NCBI GenBank assembly: GCA_964016885.1
Contig: OZ024741.1
Location: forward strand, 406,348,001 to 406,412,000
Source of the DNA: Eledone cirrhosa
Taxonomy: Eukaryota
Direction of reading: 5' to 3'
Length of the DNA: 64,000 nt
Below the pieces are notes generated by a model. It was not told the DNA's origin. It did no database searches and was given only the letters and a program-made list of their open reading frames with translations. The translations under genes were made by a program, and so were the position numbers. Positions 54,721 through 64,000 of this stretch are shown in pieces (the first letter of the stretch is position 1; each line of letters opens with the position of its first letter).

Positions 54721-57700
54721 TGGACAATGGCATGTAAGGAGGATTGAGTTACTGTGAACTTAAAGACAGAGGTTGGTGGACAATGGCATGTACGGAGGAT
54801 TGAGTTACTGTGAACTTAAAGACAGCGTTTGGTGGACAATGGCATGTAAGGAGGATTGAGTTACTGTGAACTTAAAGACAGAGGTTGGTGGACAATGGCA
54901 TGTAAGGGGGATTGAGTTACTGTGAACTTAAAGACAGGGGTTGGTGGACAATGGCATGTAAGGAGGATTGAGTTACTGTGAACTTAAATACAGAGGTTGG
55001 TGGACAATGGCATGTAAGGAGGATTGAGTTACTGTGAACTTAAAGACAGAGGTTGGTGGACAATGACATGTAAGGAGGATTGAGTTACTGTGAACTTAAA
55101 GACAGAGGTTGGTGGACAATGACATGTAAGGAGGATTGAGTTACTGTGAACTTAAAGACAGAGGTTGGTGGACAATGGCATGTAAGGAGGATTGAGTTAC
55201 TGTGAACTTAAAGACAGAGGTTGGTGGACAATGGCATGTAAGGAGGATTGAGTTACTGTGAACTTAAAGACAGAGGTTGGTGGACAATGGCATGTGAGGA
55301 GGATTGAGTTACTGTGAACTTAAAGACAGAGGTTGGTGGACAATGGCATGTAAGGAGGATTGAGTTACTGTGAACTTAATGACAGAGGTTGGTGGACAAT
55401 GGCATGTAAGGAGGATTGAGTTACTGTGAACTTAAAGACAGAGGTTGGTGGACAATGGCATGTAAGGAGGATTGAGTTACTGTGAACTTAAAGACAGAGG
55501 TTGGTGGACAATGGCATGTAAGGAGGATTGAGTTACTGTGAACTTAAAGACAGTGTTTGGTGGACAATGGCATGTAAGGAGGATTGAGTTACTGTGAACT
55601 TAAATACAGAGTTTGCTGGACAATGGCATGTAAGGAGGATTGAGTTACTGTGAACTTAAATACAGAGTTTGGTGGACAATGACATGTAAGGAGGATTGAG
55701 TTACTGTGAACTTAAAGACAGAGGTTGGTGGACAATGGCATGTAAGGGGGATTGAGTTACTGTGAACTTAAATACAGAGTTTGGTGGACAATGACATGTA
55801 AGGAGGATTGAGTTACTGTGAACTTAAAGACAGAGGTTGGTGGACAGTGGCATGTAAGGGGGATTGAGTTACTCTGAACTTAAAGAAAGAGATTGGTGGA
55901 CAATGGCATGTAAGGAGGATTGAGTTACTGTGAACTTAAATACAGAGTTTGGTGGACAATGGCATGTAAGGAGGATTGAGTTACTCTGAACTTAAAGACA
56001 GAGGTTGGTGGACAATGGCATGTAAGGAGGATTGAGTTACTGTGAACTTAAAGACAGAGGTTGGTGGACAATGGCATGTAAGGGGGATTGAGTTACTGTG
56101 AACTTAAAGACAGAGGTTGGTGGACAATGGCATATAAGGGGGATTGGGTTACTGTGAACTTAAAGACAGAGGTTGGTGGACAATGGCATGTAAGGGGGAT
56201 TGAGTTACTGTGAACTTAAAGACAGAGGTTGGTGGACAATGGCATGTAAGGAGGATTGAGTTACTGTGAACTTAAAGACAGAGTTTGGTGGACAATGGCA
56301 TGTAAGGAGGATTGAGTTACTGTGAACTTAAAGACAGAGGTTGGTGGACAATGGCATGCAAGGAGGATTGAGTTACTGTGAACTTAAAGACAGAGGTTCG
56401 TGGACAATGGCATATAAGGGGGATTGGGTTACTGTGAACTTAAAGACAGAGGTTGGTGGACAATGGCATGTAAGGGGGATTGTGTTACTGTGAACTTAAA
56501 GACAGAGGTTGGTGGACAATGGCATGTAAGGAGGCTTGAGTTACTGTGAACTTAAAGACAGAGGTTGGTGGACAATGGCATATAAGGGGGATTGGGTTAC
56601 TGTAAAATTAAAGACAGAGGTTGGTGGACAATGGCATGTAAGGGGGATTGAGTTACTGTGAACTTAAAGACAGAGGTTGGTGGACAATGGCATGTAAGGA
56701 GGATTGAGTTACTGTGAACTTAAAGACAGAGGTTTGTGGACAATGGCATGTAAGGAGGATTGAGTTACTGTGAACTTAAAGACAGAGGTTGGTGGACAAT
56801 GGCATGTAAGGAGGATTGAGTTACTGTGAACTTAAAGACAGAGGTTGGTGGACAATGGCATGTAAGGAGGATTGAGTTACTGTGAACTTAAAGACAGAGG
56901 TTGGTGGACAATGGCATGTAAGGGGGATTGAGTTACTGTGAACTTAAAGACAGAGGTTAGTGGACAATGGCATGTGAGGAGGATTGAGTTACTGTGAACT
57001 TAAAGACAGAGGTTGGTGGACAATGGCATGTAAGGAGGATTGAGTTACTGTGAACTTAAAGACAGAGGTTGGTGGACAATGACATGTAAGGAGGATTGAG
57101 TTACTGTGAACTTAAAGACAGAGGTTGGTGGACAATGACATGTAAGGAGGATTGAGTTACTGTGAACTTAAAGACAGAGGTTGGTGGACAATGACATGTA
57201 AGGAGGATTGAGTTACTGTGAACTTAAAGACAGAGGTTGGTGGACAATGGCATGTAAGGAGGATTGAGTTACTGTGAACTTAAAGACAGAGGTTGGTGGA
57301 CAATGGCATGTAAGGAGGATTGAGTTACTGTGAACTTAAAGACAGAGGTTGGTGGACAATGGCATGTAAGGGGGATTGAGTTACTGTGAACTTAAAGACA
57401 GAGGTTGGTGGACAATGGCATGTAAGGAGGATTGAGTTACTGTGAACATAAAGACAGAGGTTGGTGGACAATGGCATGTAAGGAGGATTGAGTTACTGTG
57501 AACATAAAGACAGAGGTTGGTGGACAATGGCATGTAAGGGGGATTGAGTTACTGTGAACATAAAGACAGAGGTTGGTGGACAATGGCATGTAAGGAGGAT
57601 TGAGTTGCTGTGAAAATAAAGACAGAGGTTGGTGGACAATGGCATGTAAGGAGGATTGAGTTACTGTGAACTTAAAGAAAGAGGTTGGTGGACAATGGCA

Positions 57701-60700
57701 TGTAAGGGTGATTGAGTTACTGTGAACTTAAAGACAGAGGTTGGTGGACAATGGCATGTAAGGGGGATTGAGTTACTGTGAACTTAAAGACAGAGGTTGG
57801 TGGACAATGACATGTAAGGAGGATTGAGTTACTGTGAACTTAAAGACAGAGGTTGGTGGACAATGGCATGTAAGGAGGAGTGAGTTACTGTGAACTTAAA
57901 GACAGAGGTTGGTGGACAATGGCATGTAAGGAGAATTGAGTAACTGTGAACTTAAAGACAGAGGTTGGTGGACAATGACATGTAAGGAGGAGTGAGTTAC
58001 TGTGAACTTAAAGACAGAGGTTGGTGGACAATGGCATGTAAGGAGGATTGAGTTACTGTGAACTTAAAGACAGAGGTTGGTGGACAATGGCATGTAAGGA
58101 GGAGTGAGTTACTGTGAACTTAAAGACAGAGGTTGGTGGACAATGGCATGTATGGAGGATTGAGTTACTGTGAACTTAAAGACAGAGGTTGGTGGACCGT
58201 GGCATGTAAGGGGGATTGAGTTACTGTGAACTTAAAGAAAGAGGTTGGTGGACAATGGCATGTAAGGAGGATTGAGTTACTGTGAAAATAAAGACAGAGG
58301 TTGGTGGACAATGGCATGTAAGGAGGATTGAGTTACTGTGAACTTAAAGACAGAGGTTGGTGGACAATGGCATGTAAGGGGGATTGAGTTACTGTGAACT
58401 TAAAGACAGAGGTTGGTGGACAATGACATGTAAGGAGGATTGAGTTACTGTGAACTTAAAGACAGAGGTTCGTGGACAATGGCATATAAGGGGGATTGGG
58501 TTAGTGTGAACTTAAAGACAGAGGTTGGTGGACAATGGCATGTAAGGGGGATTGTGTTACTGTGAACTTAAAGACAGAGGTTGGTGGACAATGGCATGTA
58601 AGGAGGATTGAGTTACTGTGAACTTAAAGACAGAGGTTGGTGGACAATGGCATATAAGGGGGATTGGGTTACTGTAAAATTAAAGACAGAGGTTGGTGGA
58701 CAATGGCATGTAAGGGGGATTGAGTTACTGTGAACTTAAAGACAGAGGTTGGTGGACAATGGCATGTAAGGAGGATTGAGTTACTGTGAACTTAAAGACA
58801 GAGGTTGGTGGACAATGGCATGTACGGAGGATTGAGTTACTGTGAACTTAAAGACAGCGTTTGGTGGACAATGGCATGTAAGGAGGATTGAGTTACTGTG
58901 AACTTAAAGACAGAGGTTGGTGGACAATGGCATGTAAGGGGGATTGAGTTACTGTGAACTTAAAGACAGGGGTTGGTGGACAATGGCATGTAAGGAGGAT
59001 TGAGTTACTGTGAACTTAAATACAGAGGTTGGTGGACAATGGCATGTAAGGAGGATTGAGTTACTGTGAACTTAAAGACAGAGGTTGGTGGACAATGACA
59101 TGTAAGGAGGATTGAGTTACTGTGAACTTAAAGACAGAGGTTGGTGGACAATGACATGTAAGGAGGATTGAGTTACTGTGAACTTAAAGACAGAGGTTGG
59201 TGGACAATGGCATGTAAGGAGGATTGAGTTACTGTGAACTTAAAGACAGAGGTTGGTGGACAATGGCATGTAAGGAGGATTGAGTTACTGTGAACTTAAA
59301 GACAGAGGTTGGTGGACAATGGCATGTGAGGAGGATTGAGTTACTGTGAACTTAAAGACAGAGGTTGGTGGACAATGGCATGTAAGGAGGATTGAGTTAC
59401 TGTGAACTTAATGACAGAGGTTGGTGGACAATGGCATGTAAGGAGGATTGAGTTACTGTGAACTTAAAGACAGAGGTTGGTGGACAATGGCATGTAAGGA
59501 GGATTGAGTTACTGTGAACTTAAAGACAGAGGTTGGTGGACAATGGCATGTAAGGAGGATTGAGTTACTGTGAACTTAAAGACAGTGTTTGGTGGACAAT
59601 GGCATGTAAGGAGGATTGAGTTACTGTGAACTTAAATACAGAGTTTGCTGGACAATGGCATGTAAGGAGGATTGAGTTACTGTGAACTTAAATACAGAGT
59701 TTGGTGGACAATGACATGTAAGGAGGATTGAGTTACTGTGAACTTAAAGACAGAGGTTGGTGGACAATGGCATGTAAGGGGGATTGAGTTACTGTGAACT
59801 TAAATACAGAGTTTGGTGGACAATGACATGTAAGGAGGATTGAGTTACTGTGAACTTAAAGACAGAGGTTGGTGGACAGTGGCATGTAAGGGGGATTGAG
59901 TTACTCTGAACTTAAAGAAAGAGATTGGTGGACAATGGCATGTAAGGAGGATTGAGTTACTGTGAACTTAAATACAGAGTTTGGTGGACAATGGCATGTA
60001 AGGAGGATTGAGTTACTCTGAACTTAAAGACAGAGGTTGGTGGACAATGGCATGTAAGGAGGATTGAGTTACTGTGAACTTAAAGACAGAGGTTGGTGGA
60101 CAATGGCATGTAAGGGGGATTGAGTTACTGTGAACTTAAAGACAGAGGTTGGTGGACAATGGCATATAAGGGGGATTGGGTTACTGTGAACTTAAAGACA
60201 GAGGTTGGTGGACAATGGCATGTAAGGGGGATTGAGTTACTGTGAACTTAAAGACAGGGGTTGGTGGACAATGGCATGTAAGGAGGATTGAGTTACTGTG
60301 AACTTAAAGACAGAGTTTGGTGGACAATGGCATGTAAGGAGGATTGAGTTACTGTGAACTTAAAGACAGAGGTTGGTGGACAATGGCATGCAAGGAGGAT
60401 TGAGTTACTGTGAACTTAAAGACAGAGGTTCGTGGACAATGGCATATAAGGGGGATTGGGTTACTGTGAACTTAAAGACAGAGGTTGGTGGACAATGGCA
60501 TGTAAGGGGGATTGTGTTACTGTGAACTTAAAGACAGAGGTTGGTGGACAATGGCATGTAAGGAGGCTTGAGTTACTGTGAACTTAAAGACAGAGGTTGG
60601 TGGACAATGGCATATAAGGGGGATTGGGTTACTGTAAAATTAAAGACAGAGGTTGGTGGACAATGGCATGTAAGGGGGATTGAGTTACTGTGAACTTAAA

Positions 60701-62320
60701 GACAGAGGTTGGTGGACAATGGCATGTAAGGAGGATTGAGTTACTGTGAACTTAAAGACAGAGGTTTGTGGACAATGGCATGTAAGGAGGATTGAGTTAC
60801 TGTGAACTTAAAGACAGAGGTTGGTGGACAATGGCATGTAAGGAGGATTGAGTTACTGTGAACTTAAAGACAGAGGTTGGTGGACAATGGCATGTAAGGA
60901 GGATTGAGTTACTGTGAACTTAAAGACAGAGGTTGGTGGACAATGGCATGTAAGGGGGATTGAGTTACTGTGAACTTAAAGACAGAGGTTAGTGGACAAT
61001 GGCATGTGAGGAGGATTGAGTTACTGTGAACTTAAAGACAGAGGTTGGTGGACAATGGCATGTAAGGAGGATTGAGTTACTGTGAACTTAAAGACAGAGG
61101 TTGGTGGACAATGACATGTAAGGAGGATTGAGTTACTGTGAACTTAAAGACAGAGGTTGGTGGACAATGACATGTAAGGAGGATTGAGTTACTGTGAACT
61201 TAAAGACAGAGGTTGGTGGACAATGACATGTAAGGAGGATTGAGTTACTGTGAACTTAAAGACAGAGGTTGGTGGACAATGGCATGTAAGGAGGATTGAG
61301 TTACTGTGAACTTAAAGACAGAGGTTGGTGGACAATGGCATGTAAGGAGGATTGAGTTACTGTGAACTTAAAGACAGAGGTTGGTGGACAATGGCATGTA
61401 AGGGGGATTGAGTTACTGTGAACTTAAAGACAGAGGTTGGTGGACAATGGCATGTAAGGAGGATTGAGTTACTGTGAACATAAAGACAGAGGTTGGTGGA
61501 CAATGGCATGTAAGGAGGATTGAGTTACTGTGAACATAAAGACAGAGGTTGGTGGACAATGGCATGTAAGGGGGATTGAGTTACTGTGAACATAAAGACA
61601 GAGGTTGGTGGACAATGGCATGTAAGGAGGATTGAGTTGCTGTGAAAATAAAGACAGAGGTTGGTGGACAATGGCATGTAAGGAGGATTGAGTTACTGTG
61701 AACTTAAAGAAAGAGGTTGGTGGACAATGGCATGTAAGGGTGATTGAGTTACTGTGAACTTAAAGACAGAGGTTGGTGGACAATGGCATGTAAGGGGGAT
61801 TGAGTTACTGTGAACTTAAAGACAGAGGTTGGTGGACAATGACATGTAAGGAGGATTGAGTTACTGTGAACTTAAAGACAGAGGTTGGTGGACAATGGCA
61901 TGTAAGGAGGAGTGAGTTACTGTGAACTTAAAGACAGAGGTTGGTGGACAATGGCATGTAAGGAGAATTGAGTAACTGTGAACTTAAAGACAGAGGTTGG
62001 TGGACAATGACATGTAAGGAGGAGTGAGTTACTGTGAACTTAAAGACAGAGGTTGGTGGACAATGGCATGTAAGGAGGATTGAGTTACTGTGAACTTAAA
62101 GACAGAGGTTGGTGGACAATGGCATGTAAGGAGGAGTGAGTTACTGTGAACTTAAAGACAGAGGTTGGTGGACAATGGCATGTATGGAGGATTGAGTTAC
62201 TGTGAACTTAAAGACAGAGGTTGGTGGACCGTGGCATGTAAGGGGGATTGAGTTACTGTGAACTTAAAGAAAGAGGTTGGTGGACAATGGCATGTAAGGA
62301 GGATTGAGTTACTGTGAACT
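54400..62320 (+). repeat. Near-identical duplication, 72-monomer period (4032 bp)
   Basis: GACAGCGTTT is at 54821 and 58853, the GCTGG of TTTGCTGG at 55615 and 59647, and the CCGT of GGACCGTGG at 58197 and 62229. All offsets are 4032 = 72x56. Confidence 0.93.
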
Positions 62321-64000
62321 TAAATACAGAGTTTGGTGGACAATGGCATGTAAGGAGGATTGAGTTACTCTGAACTTAAAGACAGAGGTTGGTGGACAAT
62401 GGCATGTAAGGAGGATTGAGTTACTGTGAACCTAAAGACAGAGGTTGGTGGACAATGGCATGTAAGGGGGATTGAGTTACTGTGAACTTAAAGACAGAGG
62501 TTGGTGGACAATGGCATATAAGGGGGATTGGGTTACTGTGAACTTAAAGACAGAGGTTGGTGGACAATGGCATGTAAGGGGGATTGAGTTACTGTGAACT
62601 TAATGACAGAGGTTGGTGGACAATGGCATGTAAGGAGGATTGAGTTACTGTGAACTTAAAGACAGAGTTTGGTGGACAATGGCATGTAAGGAGGATTGAG
62701 TTACTGTGAACTTAAAGACAGAGGTTGGTGGACAATGGCATGTAAGGAGGATTGAGTTACTGTGAACTTAAAGACAGAGGTTCGTGGACAATGGCATATA
62801 AGGGGGATTGGGTTACTGTGAACTTAAAGACAGAATTTGGTGGACAATGGCATGTAAGGAGGATTGAGTTACTGTGAACTTAAAGACAGAGGTTGGTGGA
62901 CAATGGCATGTAAGGGGGATTGAGTTACTGTGAACTTAAAGACAGAGGTTGGTGGACAATGGCATGTAAGGAGGATTGAGTTACTGTGAACTTAAAGACA
63001 GAGGTTGGTGGACAATGACATGTAAGGAGGATTGAGTTACTGTGAACTTAAAGACAGAGGTTGGTGGACAATGACATGTAAGGAGGATTGAGTTACTGTG
63101 GACTTAAAGACAGAGGTTGGTGGACAATGGCATGTAAGGAGGATTGAGTTACTGTGAACTTAAAGACAGAGGTTGGTGGACAATGGCATGTAAGGAGGAT
63201 TGAGTTACTGTGAACTTAAAGACAGAGGTTGGTGGACAATGGCATGTAAGGGGGATTGAGTTACTGTGAACTTAAAGACAGAGGTTGGTGGACAATGGCA
63301 TGTGAGGAGGATTGAGTTACTGTGAACTTAAAGACAGAGGTTGGTGGACAATGGCATGTAAGGAGGATTGAGTTACTGTGAACTTAATGACAGAGGTTGG
63401 TGGACAATGGCATGTAAGGAGGATTGAGTTACTGTGAACTTAAAGACAGAGGTTGGTGGACAATGGCATGTAAGGAGGATTGAGTTACTGTGAACTTAAA
63501 GACAGAGGTTGGTGGACAATGGGATGTAAGGAGGATTGAGTTACTGTGAACTTAAAGACAGTGTTTGGTGGACAATGGCATGTAAGGAGGATTGAGTTAC
63601 TGTGAACTTAAATACAGAGTTTGCTGGACAATGGCATGTAAGGAGGATTGAGTTACTGTGAACTTAAATACAGAGTTTGGTGGACAATGACATGTAAGGA
63701 GGATTGAGTTACTGTGAACTTAAAGACAGAGGTTGGTGGACAATGGCATGTAAGGGGGATTGAGTTACTGTGAACTTAAATACAGAGTTTGGTGGACAAT
63801 GACATGTAAGGAGGATTGAGTTACTGTGAACTTAAAGACAGAGGTTGGTGGACAGTGGCATGTAAGGGGGATTGAGTTACTCTGAACTTAAAGAAAGAGA
63901 TTGGTGGACAATGGCATGTAAGGAGGATTGAGTTACTGTGAACTTAAATACAGAGTTTGGTGGACAATGGCATGTAAGGAGGATTGAGTTACTCTGAACT

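Larger units (their letters stand above)
1..64000 (+). repeat. 56-bp tandem satellite array (~1,140 head-to-tail monomers, single orientation, continues past both window ends)
   Basis: Seen directly: CAAT restarts at 1, 57, 113 and so on. Every line is the consensus CAATGGCATGTAAGGAGGATTGAGTTACTGTGAACTTAAAGACAGAGGTTGGTGGA with a few substitutions or occasional 1-2 bp indels. No non-repeat sequence was found. Confidence 0.99.

Noticed and set aside
1-64000. CRISPR array or repeat-spacer system
   Set aside because: There are no unique spacers, the entire 56 bp is repeated, and there are no cas genes or leader. Variable sites are isolated SNPs inherited in blocks.
1-64000. Giant repetitive protein gene (mucin- or adhesin-like), including under genetic code 4
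   Set aside because: 56 is not a multiple of 3, TAA stops occur on both strands in nearly every monomer, and frameshifting indels are tolerated. TGA=Trp would not remove the TAA stops.
1-64000. Telomeric repeat or tandem tRNA/5S/snRNA gene array
   Set aside because: There are no TTAGGG-type short repeats despite the G-rich strand. The unit is too short and lacks cloverleaf structure, A/B boxes or any recognisable RNA gene sequence.
1-64000. Pure sequencing or rolling-circle amplification concatemer artefact
   Set aside because: Variants recur in ordered multi-kilobase haplotype blocks with nested structure, which random errors on a single circular template would not produce. Individual near-identical duplications could still be misassembled.

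Overview
The whole 64 kb window is one uninterrupted head-to-tail tandem array of a 56-bp monomer, about 1,140 copies, all in the same orientation and running off both edges. The consensus is CAATGGCATGTAAGGAGGATTGAGTTACTGTGAACTTAAAGACAGAGGTTGGTGGA (A18 C5 G19 T14; ~43% GC, strongly G-skewed, no CpG). I found no unique spacers, genes, RNA genes, transposons, telomeric repeats or inversions. The three 87-aa ORFs are by-products of monomer variants that remove a stop codon. This is best read as satellite/macrosatellite DNA, probably eukaryotic (inference); I cannot name the family or organism. The real information is in the monomer variants. They form regional domains and irregular, partly nested higher-order duplications with periods of about 7, 11, 17, 18, 21, 30, 36, 37, 43, 49, 53/54, 72, 88, 101 and 129 monomers, which I measured by hand from diagnostic variants. 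I see no evidence for a new gene system. Functional ideas (G-quadruplex, Chi-like motif, SD-coupled mini-ORF) are flagged as speculative. Block boundaries are approximate to within a few monomers.
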